The notes beneath the pieces were generated by a model. That model was not told the origin of the DNA. It saw only the letters and a program-made list of their open reading frames with translations, and ran no database searches. Both the position numbers and the translations under genes were made by a program. Shown here piece by piece: positions 11,188 through 20,365 of a stretch of 64,000 bases of DNA. The stretch is from Spirochaetia bacterium (GTDB lineage: Bacteria; Spirochaetota; Spirochaetia; SZUA-6; Bin103), in NCBI GenBank assembly GCA_965203905.1, contig CBDBDQ010000005.1, positions 5,152,001-5,216,000 of the forward strand, read 5' to 3'. Positions within the stretch are counted from its first letter, which is position 1; every line of letters starts with the position of its first letter.

Positions 11188-12780
11188 ATGGCTACTGTGG
11201 CTACCGCGACCGCTACCGGCTTCGCCTCCTCGCTCTCCGGGCTCCCCGACCAGGTGCTGCTGGCGCACACCAGGTCCCTCGTCCTGCACGAGCAGGCGCT
11301 GCAGCTCGCCGTCCTCGACCACCTGCGCGAGATCCACGCGCGCCACCTCCACCTGCGCCTCGGGTTCTCCAGCCTGTTCGACTACGCGGTGCACGAGCTG
11401 GGATATAGCGAGGGTGCCGCCTGGCGCCGTATCAAAGCCATGCGCCTGTGCTCCGAGACCGCCGGGACACGCGAGCGGCTGCAGGACGGCTCGCTCACCC
11501 TGAGCGCGGCGGCACAGTTGCAGAACACCTTCGATCTCCTGGAGCGCACGGCCACCGCCGCCGCGGACCCCGGCTCGGTACCCGCGGCACCGGAGCTGCT
11601 GCCGCGCGGCACGGGGCCGGCGCCGGAGGCTGGGGCTTCGGGGGCGGCGGCAGCGGCGCCGGCGCGTCCGCTGCCGGCGCTGGACGCGGCGCAGCGGCAG
11701 GAGCTGGTGGCGCAGGCGAGCGGCAAGAGCACCCGCGAGGTGAAGCAGTTGTTGGCCGGGGTGGCTCCCGAGCTGGCGCGGCCGGCCGATCGCATGCGCG
11801 CGCTGGGCGAGGGCCGCTGGGAGCTGAAGGTGGTGATCGACGCCGAGTGTCAGTGCGGGATCGAGCAGCTTCAGGCACTGCTGTCGCACGTGGACCCGCA
11901 CCTGACGCTGGGGCAGCTCGTGGAGCGGCTGGTGCAGGACGGCCTGCAGCGCTACGACCCGGGGCGACCGCCGCGCGGGCGCAGAGGTGGGCGCCGGGAG
12001 GCAAGCGCGGGCCAGGCGCCGGAGCCGCAGGCGCAGGAAGGGCCGGCGGGCGGGGCGACTTCGCTGGCGAAGCGGGACGCGCAAGAGCAACCCGGAGGGC
12101 TGTCGCCGCCGGAGGGCACGATAGCCGATGGCAGCACCCCGGCGGCGGCAGCGCTGTCCGCAGAGGAACCCACGCGCGGGATTGGCGGCGCCGGCACCTC
12201 GCCGGTGGCAGCGCTGCCCGCGCCGCCGTCGGGGCGCGAGACTTGCGGCGGCAGCACCCCGGTGAGTGCCAAGCCAGCGGTGGCGGCGCCCGGCACCGCT
12301 CCTTCGGCGGCGAAGTTGGTGGCCGATCGTGGGCCCCACGCCACCGTACCGACGCCACGGCCGACCCCACCGGCCGACCAGAGCATGCCGACCGCGACGG
12401 CAGCGGTAGACCGCTTTCGCAGCGCTCCTTCGCCAACGAAGCGGGCAGGGGTGGCGCAGTTCGATGGCCATTCGCGGTCGCAGCCCGAGGCAGCCGGCCC
12501 GTCCGAAGGCAGCGCGCAGCCGCCCCACCGGGCGCGCCGATCGCGCTACATTCCGGCACCAGTGCGGCGCGAGGTGTGGCACCGCGACGGCGGCTGCTGC
12601 AGTTACGTCGATCCGCACAGCGGGCGGCGCTGCGGCTCCCGCTTCCTGCTGGAGCTCGACCACATCGTTCCCTTCGCGCTCGGCGGCAGCGCTGAGCCGG
12701 GAAATCTCCGCGTTCGCTGTGCTGCCCACCACCGTTTCCGGCATCGGGAGTACGGACGGCCGCCAGACGGGGCCACGTGA
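11188..12780 (+). CDS. HNH endonuclease with DUF222-like N-terminal helical domain and long low-complexity linker
   Basis: N-terminal LGFSSLFDYAVHELGYSEGAAWRRI; C-terminal RYIPAPVRREVWHRDGGCC...ELDHIVPFALGG...NLRVRCAAHH. Start moved to ATG 11188. Confidence 0.85.
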   Translation: MATVATATATGFASSLSGLPDQVLLAHTRSLVLHEQALQLAVLDHLREIHARHLHLRLGFSSLFDYAVHELGYSEGAAWRRIKAMRLCSETAGTRERLQDGSLTLSAAAQLQNTFDLLERTATAAADPGSVPAAPELLPRGTGPAPEAGASGAAAAAPARPLPALDAAQRQELVAQASGKSTREVKQLLAGVAPELARPADRMRALGEGRWELKVVIDAECQCGIEQLQALLSHVDPHLTLGQLVERLVQDGLQRYDPGRPPRGRRGGRREASAGQAPEPQAQEGPAGGATSLAKRDAQEQPGGLSPPEGTIADGSTPAAAALSAEEPTRGIGGAGTSPVAALPAPPSGRETCGGSTPVSAKPAVAAPGTAPSAAKLVADRGPHATVPTPRPTPPADQSMPTATAAVDRFRSAPSPTKRAGVAQFDGHSRSQPEAAGPSEGSAQPPHRARRSRYIPAPVRREVWHRDGGCCSYVDPHSGRRCGSRFLLELDHIVPFALGGSAEPGNLRVRCAAHHRFRHREYGRPPDGAT

Positions 12781-13295
12781 TCGGCGCCTGCCAGGGTGCG
12801 AGTTGGGCGGTTGGGCGTCGGTCCGATGGCAACGGTAGTTACGATTGCCGGCTTGTCGCGTAAGCGTGGGAAAGTCCGGACAGTCCCGTCACCGCTTGCT
12901 CCCCGGATCGCCTGCAGCCCGCCGGCTGGCGGTGCCGAATCCCGCTCCGCCCTCACTTGTCGGCCGCAGGGCCGCCGTGGCCGTCAGCAGGTCCAGCGAC
13001 GCTTCCGGAAGCGCCCTGGCGAGCATGTGGGGACCACGGATCGGCCGCCGATCGGCCATCGTGCGGCCCGTTGTCGCCCTCGGGGATCACCGGCGCGCGA
13101 CTCCGGTTACTCCGGTTTGACACCGCAGTGCCTGTCAAGGAGTGTACTCTCTATTCGGGATTCTTCTGACCACGAGTTTCGCGTGGAGGTGATCAACGAT
13201 AACGTCAAACGCACCCCCGAGATCGAGTTGATGTCGGTCGAACTTGACTTCCGCCCTGGCTCAGATCAACGCGCTCGCCATTCCAGAGCTCGCGA

Positions 13296-14492
13296 TCAAC
13301 CCGGAGGCGCGCCCAGGTAGGGGATGTCGAGCAGCTCGCCGCCGCGGAGGGCCGAGTCGTGGGCGACGATGCCGGGCACGGTGTAGGCCACGGCGTTCCA
13401 CACGTGGTTGGGCGGCTGCGTCCCCTGATGGCAGGAGCGGACGAAGTCGTCGACCAGGAACTGATGGGAGCCGGCGTGGCCGTTGGGGAGCCCGGCGAAC
13501 TCCCGCGGCAGGCGCTCGACCGGATGGATGGGCGCGGCGCCCAGGTGGGTCCCGTCGCGCGAGGTGACGGCTGCCATCTCACCGCCGCCGGCATGCGCCG
13601 GCGCCGTGCGGCAGGTCAGCAGGTCGGACACGTCCAACCAGTCCTCCGCGGCCAGCTCCTTGGTCAGGAACCGTTGCGAGCCCACCGCTTCCTCGAACGA
13701 GCCCTCCGTCCCGAAGACGCTCATGCGCACCGCGCCGGGGTGGCCGATGCGGCGGAACTCGTTGACCCGGCAGGCGCTGCCGTCCGACATCGCGAACAGG
13801 GCGCTCTGGTTGCTGAAGGTGTTGCCGTGGGCGTTGTTCGCCGCCTCGTACACGCCATCCCGGTGGCGGTCGACGAACCCCTGGCAGGAGACGCGAGTCA
13901 TGTGGGCGCCGCTCACCGACATGATCTGGCTGGTGGAGTGGGTGGGGTAGTACATGGGCGGCGCGCCGGCGTTCCAGCGCCAGCGGTCTCCCGCCCGCCA
14001 ACGGGCCACGGCGTACAATCCGTGGTCCCAGTCGTGGTAGTACTCGCACTCCGCGTAGACGATGCGCCCGAACGCCCCCTCGGCATGGCGCCGGCGGCAG
14101 TAGATGACCGCCGGGTAGTAGTAGCTGGTCTCGGCCATCATGTAGATGCGGCCGCTCTCCTGCACCGCCTGCACCAGCGCCCGGCACTCCTCGAGCGTGC
14201 ACCCCGCCGGCACCGCGGACCAGGCGTGCTTGCCGGCGCGCAGCGCCTGTACCGCCTGCGGCCCGTGCAGCCACTGCTGGGTGATGATGACGGCGGCATC
14301 GAAATCCGACTCGCACACCTCGTCCAGCGAGGCGAACGACTCCCCGATCCCGTGGCGGGTCTTGTTGCGCTCCAGCTTCTCGGCGTCCAGATCGCAGAGC
14401 GCGATCCGCTCCACCAGCGGGTGCGCCTGGAACAGCGGGATGAACCCTTGCGCGAATGCACCCGTTCCGACCATCGCGACGCTGATACCCAT
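13296..14492 (-). CDS. Gfo/Idh/MocA-family oxidoreductase
   Basis: VAMVGTGAFA Rossmann start, ALRAGKHAWSAVP, YPTH. Confidence 0.88.
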   Translation of the reverse strand: MGISVAMVGTGAFAQGFIPLFQAHPLVERIALCDLDAEKLERNKTRHGIGESFASLDEVCESDFDAAVIITQQWLHGPQAVQALRAGKHAWSAVPAGCTLEECRALVQAVQESGRIYMMAETSYYYPAVIYCRRRHAEGAFGRIVYAECEYYHDWDHGLYAVARWRAGDRWRWNAGAPPMYYPTHSTSQIMSVSGAHMTRVSCQGFVDRHRDGVYEAANNAHGNTFSNQSALFAMSDGSACRVNEFRRIGHPGAVRMSVFGTEGSFEEAVGSQRFLTKELAAEDWLDVSDLLTCRTAPAHAGGGEMAAVTSRDGTHLGAAPIHPVERLPREFAGLPNGHAGSHQFLVDDFVRSCHQGTQPPNHVWNAVAYTVPGIVAHDSALRGGELLDIPYLGAPPG

Positions 14493-14520
14493 CAGGCTGC
14501 TTTCGTGTGGCCACCAGTAG

Positions 14521-15978
14521 CTACCAGCGCATGTTGATGTTCTTGACCCGGGTGTGGCTCAGCAGCTCCTCGAACGACTCCTCCTTGCCGATGCCGCTCT
14601 GCTTCCAGCCGCCGTAGGGCGCGCCGAGGTAGCGGCCCGACGAGTTGATCCACACGTAGCCCGCCTGCAACCGCTCGGCGGCGCGCATCGCCGCGCCGAA
14701 GTCGTTGGTCACGATCGAGGCTGTCAGCCCGTACATCACGCCGTTGGCGACTTCGATCATCTCGTCGAAGTCGGACCAGCTCATGATCGCCATCACCGGA
14801 CCGAAGATCTCCTCGCTGCCGATGCGCATCTCGGGCCGCACACGGTCGAACACGGTGGGCTCGATGAAGAAGCCGTTGGCGAGCTCGGGGTCGGGCGGCG
14901 GCCCGCCGCCGGTCAGCAGCTCCGCACCCTCGTCACGGCCGGAGGCGACGTATCCCTGCACCCGCTCGTACTGCGGCCGCGACACGATCGGCCCCATCTC
15001 GGCATCTTCCAGCCAGGGGAGGCCGATCGGGATGGCGGCCGCGACCTTGACCAGCTCGGCGCGCACGCGCTCGTGCAGCGAGCGGTGCACCAGCACCCGC
15101 GAGGTGGAGGAGCACGACTGCCCCTGGCGGTTCATGTTCATCGCCCCTACCGCCAGCGCCGCGGCCTTGGCGGGGTCGGCGTCGGGAAAGATGACGATGG
15201 GATTCTTGCCGCCGAGCTCCAGGGTGACCTCCTTGAGGCTCTCGGCGGCCTCGCGGGCGATGATGCGTCCGGTCTCCACCGAGCCGACGAAGCCGACCCT
15301 CGCCACGTCCCGGTGACGCACCATGGCGGAACCGGTGCCACCATCTCCGGTCACGATGTTCACCACCCCCGGCGGGAAGATCTCCGCGCACAGCTCGCCC
15401 AGCTTCAGGCTCGACAGTGGGGCCTGCTCCGGGCCCTTGATCACCACCGTGTTGCCGGCGGCCAGCGCCGAGGCTGCCTTCTCGGCGCAGAAGCGGAACG
15501 GATGGTTGAACGGGTTGATCCGGGCCACCACGCCGTATGGCTGGCGCAGGGTCAGGTTGAGGTGACCCGACTCGCGCGCCATCGTCTCGCCCTTCACCTC
15601 GGTTACCAGGCCGGCAAAGTAGCGCAGCGCCTCGGCGGTCCAGGTCATGTCCCCGCGCATGCCGGAGATCGCGTTGCCGCTGTCCACCGCGTCCATCAGC
15701 GCCAGGTGGTCGGCGTTGCGCTCGACCGCAGCGGCGAGCCGGCGCAGGTGCTCGGCGCGCCGCGTCACCGGCAGCGCCGCCCACGCCGGGAACGCGGCCT
15801 TGGCGGCGGCGACCGCCCGATCCACGTCGTGCTCGTCGGCCAGCGGCACCGCTCCCAGCAGCTCGCCGTTTGCCGGATTGATGCTGGTGATGGTGTGCCC
15901 GCTATGGGGGGTGACCCACTCGCCGCCGATGAACAGTCCCCGTGGTTCGAATGCCAGATCCGGAGTCGCTGCAGCCAT
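14521..15978 (-). CDS. Aldehyde dehydrogenase (candidate phosphonoacetaldehyde dehydrogenase by context)
   Basis: NPFNHP, LELGGKNP (catalytic Glu), GQSCSS (catalytic Cys), EEIFGPV, GGWKQSGIG. Confidence 0.9.
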   Translation of the reverse strand: MAAATPDLAFEPRGLFIGGEWVTPHSGHTITSINPANGELLGAVPLADEHDVDRAVAAAKAAFPAWAALPVTRRAEHLRRLAAAVERNADHLALMDAVDSGNAISGMRGDMTWTAEALRYFAGLVTEVKGETMARESGHLNLTLRQPYGVVARINPFNHPFRFCAEKAASALAAGNTVVIKGPEQAPLSSLKLGELCAEIFPPGVVNIVTGDGGTGSAMVRHRDVARVGFVGSVETGRIIAREAAESLKEVTLELGGKNPIVIFPDADPAKAAALAVGAMNMNRQGQSCSSTSRVLVHRSLHERVRAELVKVAAAIPIGLPWLEDAEMGPIVSRPQYERVQGYVASGRDEGAELLTGGGPPPDPELANGFFIEPTVFDRVRPEMRIGSEEIFGPVMAIMSWSDFDEMIEVANGVMYGLTASIVTNDFGAAMRAAERLQAGYVWINSSGRYLGAPYGGWKQSGIGKEESFEELLSHTRVKNINMRW

Positions 15979-15990
15979 CTCCGTCGCTCC

Positions 15991-17088
15991 TCAGGGAACC
16001 ACCGCGGCGCGCAGAACCGTGCGCTCCGCCGCCCGCCGGAAGGCCTCGTCGAGCTGGTCGAGCGTGAACCGGGCGTCGACGATCTCCCGGAACGGAAACC
16101 GGTGGCGGTTGGCTACCACGAAGTCCAGCGCCTGTATCAGGTGCCGCGGGTGGTAGTTGTGCACGCCGCGCAGCGTGATCCAGTTCTTCACCAGCAGGTT
16201 GGCATCGATGGTGACGTCGGCGTGGGGGGTGACGATGCCGCCCAGGGTGTAGCGGCCGCCGACACGCAGCATCGCCAGTCCGTCCGGAATCACGGCGGCA
16301 TTGCCGCACACCTCGATCACCGCGTCGACGCCGTCGGGTGGTGCCAGCTCGCGCACCGCGGCCACCACGTCAGCCGAGTCGCGGCCGGACACGTCGATCA
16401 CGACATCCGCGCCGAACCTGCCGGCCGCCGCGAGGCGGTCTCCCACACTGTCGAGGCCGACCACGCGCCGGGCGCCGCGGGCCTTGGCGATCGCGCACGC
16501 GTACAGCCCCAGCAGGCCCAGCCCCTGGACGGCCACCACGTCGCCCATCGCGATCCGCGTCGCCTCGGTGATCGCGGTCACGGTGGCGACGCCGCAGTTG
16601 ATCGGGGTCGCCTCTTCGTCGCTCAGCTCCTCCGGTAGCTTCAGGATCGCGGTACCGGGCAAGACGTAGCAGTACTCGGCGAAGCCGCCCAGGAAATGCG
16701 GGTCGTCGGCCACCAGGTCGTGCCCGTATTTTCTTACCCCCACTGACTTCTGCGGCAGGTCGTGGACTTCCCGGTAGTAGGATGGGCCGTGGTGGAAAAA
16801 CTCGGTCCAGGTGATGCGGTCGCCGACTGCCACCGGATCGCCGCGCAGGTCGGTCTCGATGTCCGCGCCGAGCTGATCGATGATGCCGATGATCTCGTGG
16901 CCGAGGATTCCCGGGCACGGGTTGGGTCGATGGCCGTGGTAGGAATGGATGTCGGAGCGGCAGATGGTCGACATCGTGACCCGTACCAGGACCTCGTCGC
17001 GGCGCGCGTCGCGCAACGGATAGCGGCGGATGACGAACGGCGTATTGGGTGCGTCGTAAACGGCGGCGCGGGCCGTACGTGGTGCCAC
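15991..17088 (-). CDS. Zn-dependent alcohol dehydrogenase (phosphonate-catabolism-associated type)
   Basis: ICRSDIH, GHEIIG, NCGVAT, GLGLLG, GVHNYHPRHL; lies between phnA and the ALDH. Confidence 0.88.
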   Translation of the reverse strand: MAPRTARAAVYDAPNTPFVIRRYPLRDARRDEVLVRVTMSTICRSDIHSYHGHRPNPCPGILGHEIIGIIDQLGADIETDLRGDPVAVGDRITWTEFFHHGPSYYREVHDLPQKSVGVRKYGHDLVADDPHFLGGFAEYCYVLPGTAILKLPEELSDEEATPINCGVATVTAITEATRIAMGDVVAVQGLGLLGLYACAIAKARGARRVVGLDSVGDRLAAAGRFGADVVIDVSGRDSADVVAAVRELAPPDGVDAVIEVCGNAAVIPDGLAMLRVGGRYTLGGIVTPHADVTIDANLLVKNWITLRGVHNYHPRHLIQALDFVVANRHRFPFREIVDARFTLDQLDEAFRRAAERTVLRAAVVP

Positions 17089-17099
17089 GAGGTCGCCCC

Positions 17100-18374
17100 T
17101 CAGGCCGTGCCGTTGATGGCGTAGTCGAAGATCTGGTGGTTCAGCAGTTGCTCCGACCGCGCGCGTGCGCGATAGCCGGCGTTCAGCGGCCGGCTGACGA
17201 TGAACGGCACGTCGCGCTCGGACAGTCCGCCGTGGGTACGCAGCCGCTCGCCGTGCAGGTCAGCCAGGTCGTGATCGGCGCGCCCCATGCCGACGCAGTA
17301 ATCCGCGGTGGAGATCACGGCGACATCTCCCTCCACGTCTGCGGGAAGGTCGAACCGCTGCGCCGCTTCCTCCCGCTCCAGCACCTCTTCGATCCCCTGC
17401 AGCGGGCGAATGAAGTCGGCCACGGCGTGCGCCTGCACGCCGCCGAAGCAGTAGACCCGAACGAAGCCGCCCAGGGATCCGTGGTGGCCCACGAACGCGT
17501 CGGTAATCGGGCAGATCACCCTGGTGGCCCCGGTGCCGAAGCGCTGGTCCAGGAGATCCTGCAGGTAGACGATGTTGTAGCTCCCGTCGGCGGCGCACTT
17601 GTCCTTCATGCCGTGGTCGGCGGTCAGTGCGACCGTCGCACCCAGTTCCTCGAGGCGTGCGAAGCGTCGATCCAGCGCCGCGTAGAAGGCGAGCGCCGCG
17701 TCATGGTCCGGGGCGTACTTGTGCTGCACGTAGTCGGTCAGTGACAGGTACAGGAGCACCGGCGGATCGTCCTGCTCCAGGAACCTGATGCCGGCGTCGA
17801 GCACGAACAGCGACAGTTCCTCCGAGTACATGTCGGGGAGCGGCCGGCCGACGAAGCCCAGGGCGTCCGTTATGCCGTTCTCGGCGCCGGTGCACCGGTC
17901 GGCGTGCTGGGAGGAAAAACAGACGTTGCCGGCAGCGACGTCCAGGCCCTTGCCAAGCTGGGTACGCAGCTTGTCCTTGGCGGTGACCACCACGGTCCTG
18001 GCGCCGGCCTTGGAGAGCACGTCGAACACCGTGCGCGACCTCATCAGTTCGGGGCCGGTCATGACCACGGCCTGGCCGGTGGCGCGGTCGAGATAGAAGT
18101 TGCCGGAGATGCCGTGGACCTTCGGCGGCGCGCCGGTGGCGATCGACATGTTGTTGGGACAGGTGAAACTGGGGATGCCGCAGTGCGCGACTCCGCTGAA
18201 CCCGGCGTCCATGAAGCGGGAGACGGTGGGAATGCGGCCGGCCGCCCGTGCCGCCGCGAAGTACTCCGGGTCACCGCCGTCCACACACACCACGACGGCC
18301 GGGGCGTCGGGAACCCGGTAGGTGACCCCGTTCAACTCTGCTCCGTCAACATCCACTCGGCGACCGTGATCCAT
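17100..18374 (-). CDS. phnA: Phosphonoacetate hydrolase
   Basis: VVVCVDGGDPEY, PSFTCPNN, TAKDKLR, TDYVQHK, TADHGM, VGHHGSLG, RTHGG match PhnA (alkaline phosphatase superfamily). Confidence 0.9.
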   Translation of the reverse strand: MDHGRRVDVDGAELNGVTYRVPDAPAVVVCVDGGDPEYFAAARAAGRIPTVSRFMDAGFSGVAHCGIPSFTCPNNMSIATGAPPKVHGISGNFYLDRATGQAVVMTGPELMRSRTVFDVLSKAGARTVVVTAKDKLRTQLGKGLDVAAGNVCFSSQHADRCTGAENGITDALGFVGRPLPDMYSEELSLFVLDAGIRFLEQDDPPVLLYLSLTDYVQHKYAPDHDAALAFYAALDRRFARLEELGATVALTADHGMKDKCAADGSYNIVYLQDLLDQRFGTGATRVICPITDAFVGHHGSLGGFVRVYCFGGVQAHAVADFIRPLQGIEEVLEREEAAQRFDLPADVEGDVAVISTADYCVGMGRADHDLADLHGERLRTHGGLSERDVPFIVSRPLNAGYRARARSEQLLNHQIFDYAINGTA

Positions 18375-18484
18375 GCCCCGCCCGTTGTCAAGCCATCCTG
18401 CCGGGCCGGGCGGGCTGCCCTGCCGGGCCGTCCACCTTCACAGACGGTGCACGTACGCCTATAGTGATAGTCGATGGGATCGTG

Positions 18485-18790
18485 ATGAACCGTATCCTCT
18501 TCATCGACGACGCCCAGATCGCCTCGTCGAGGGACGTCGAGCGCAAGATCCACCCAGCCCGCAGGTACCACGGGAACCCGGTGGTCACGTCGGACTGCGC
18601 CTGGGAGGCGGCCGAGGTGATCGTGGGGACCGTGCGCAAGGAGGCCGAACGGTACCGGATGTGGTACCACACCTACGCCACGGGTCCCGGCCGCAACGGG
18701 TTCGATCCCTTCCTCCGCTCGCTCCACCTCTACGCCGAGAGCGCTGACGGCCCGCACGTGGTCGAAGCCGGAGCTCGGCATCACCGCACC
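18485..18790 (+). pseudogene. Truncated, frameshifted beta-propeller glycoside-hydrolase-like gene
   Basis: LFIDD...NPVV...YRMWY...YAESADG, then WSKPELGI in another frame, then abrupt loss. Resembles the N-terminus of the intact gene at 24256-25710. Confidence 0.7.
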
Positions 18791-18837
18791 CTGAGAGTGC
18801 ACGTCAGAAATCTGAGGGTGCGGAAGTTTATCAGACG

Positions 18838-19695
18838 ATGAAGTTTCATCTATTGGGTTCGGCCGCCGGCAAGCCAGTACCGAGAGCATTTTGTACTTGT
18901 CGAGGGTGTCAGGCGGCCATCACTGAGGGCGGGCACAGTCTGAGGAGCAGGACGAGCATGCATGTGTATCTCGACGGAGAGGGACCCAGCAACGTGCGCT
19001 ACAAGGTGGATCTGCCTCCGGACACCACTCATCATGTCATCCGGTATCGACTTGATATGACAGCCTTGGAGCACTTACTAATCACCCATGCACACCCAGA
19101 TCACCTTGACACTACGTTCTTGCAGGTAAGAAGACAAGCAATCTCTGGCAGAGAGGCGCTAAGGGAACTCCAAGTCTACGGGAGCGAAGAGGTGGAGGAA
19201 CGCATTCGAGGCGCGGTCATGGACCTCGCTGCATGCAAAGTCAGGTTTCACAGGATGGAACCGTTTTCTTGGATGCGGGTAGGTGACCTCGAAGTTTTTC
19301 CACTCTTGGCATGTCACAACTACCCGACCAAGTGTTTCAACTATGCGCTACGGGCGGAGGGGGTCATGGCCCTCTTGGCCTGGGATACGGGGTATTGGCC
19401 AGACGAAAGCTGGAGAGAGGCGTCGGGTTTGCGGTTTGATGCCGTGTTCCTCGAGTGCACAGTTATCGGGCCGCGGGGACTGTCGCTTGCTCCCCAGCAT
19501 CATGATCTTGCAACATTTCTCTCCATGAAAGAACGGATGAATGAGACCGGACTAATAGAGGAGGACACTCCGTTCATCGCTGTCCATATCGGGGACAATG
19601 GGCTTGTTAGCCATACGGAAGCGCAACGCCTCATGGACCCTCACCACGTTGCCGTTGGCTACGATGGCTTGTTACTCGACTTGGACCGGTCGTAG
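18838..19695 (+). CDS. MBL-fold metallo-hydrolase, PhnP-like
   Basis: LLGSAAG, FCTCRGC (CxCxxC), THAHPDH, WDTG, VHIG, GYDG. Confidence 0.85.
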   Translation: MKFHLLGSAAGKPVPRAFCTCRGCQAAITEGGHSLRSRTSMHVYLDGEGPSNVRYKVDLPPDTTHHVIRYRLDMTALEHLLITHAHPDHLDTTFLQVRRQAISGREALRELQVYGSEEVEERIRGAVMDLAACKVRFHRMEPFSWMRVGDLEVFPLLACHNYPTKCFNYALRAEGVMALLAWDTGYWPDESWREASGLRFDAVFLECTVIGPRGLSLAPQHHDLATFLSMKERMNETGLIEEDTPFIAVHIGDNGLVSHTEAQRLMDPHHVAVGYDGLLLDLDRS

Positions 19696-20083
19696 CGAAG
19701 AAGCGCGCGAACGACGTGCCCATGCGGACTCATACGAGTGCAGCCGTAGCGCGTCCCGGTACATCGAGATCGATATGGCGATGAAGCGGGAGGCGACTGA
19801 GCGCTGTACCCCGCCAGTCCCCGAGCCGAGGGTAGACATCCCGTGGCGCATCCGGCGGAATGGCGGACCCCTGATCCTCGTCTGCCGCGCTCGATGTTGA
19901 GCAGATCGTTGCAAGGCAGGTACTTACGTCTGTATCGGTTGCATAGACATACGGTGATACGAGGGGCCCACAGGCATCAAGTAGCCACGCCTATAAGTAA
20001 TTGCTGAGTATACGTTTACGGCGGGCTCTAACCTTATCTGGCCGCGGGAGCGAGGATTTGGGCGGATGGGCGGATCCGAGGGG

Positions 20084-20112
20084 TTGACATCGAATCCGAA
20101 AAGGCTTATGAG
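20084..20112 (+). promoter_or_regulatory. Putative sigma70 promoter for the sugar ABC operon
   Basis: TTGACA-N17-TATGAG. Confidence 0.5.
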
Positions 20113-20365
20113 ACTTGGTTATCGTGGAACTTCGGCAAGGCTCGGCTTGGGGAGAGCCCCGAACGGACTTCTTACCCCTCTCCTCGGGCCCTCCGCGGGG
20201 GGCTGACTGCTACTTATCCCGGGAGCTGGGCTCCCCGTGAAATGTCTCCCCGGGATTGCTGGAAGAACCTCGATTCTTTGCAGAAGGAGGTGATGAGTGC
20301 ACTCGTCTTCTTCCAAGAAGGAAGAAGTTCGTTTATCCTGACACAGAAATGGAGACGAAAAAGCT

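Noticed and set aside
12866-12900. GGGAAAGTCCGGACAGTCCCG resembles the RNase P RNA 5' motif and part of a cobalamin riboswitch
   Set aside because: No matching RNase P 3' motif or B12 box downstream, and no co-directional gene to regulate.
12910-12945. GCAGCCC...GGTGCCGAATCC resembles a SAM-I riboswitch core
   Set aside because: The upstream ATC..GAG/GGAGGGA elements and P1 are missing, and the context is wrong.
13140-13295. Protein-like fragment (HEFRVEVINDNVKRTPEIELMSVELDF)
   Set aside because: No start, RBS or identifiable family; may be a relic but cannot be supported.
19696-20080. Short ORFs and an AT-richer stretch after the MBL gene
   Set aside because: No recognisable motif, repeat or att-like site that I can support.
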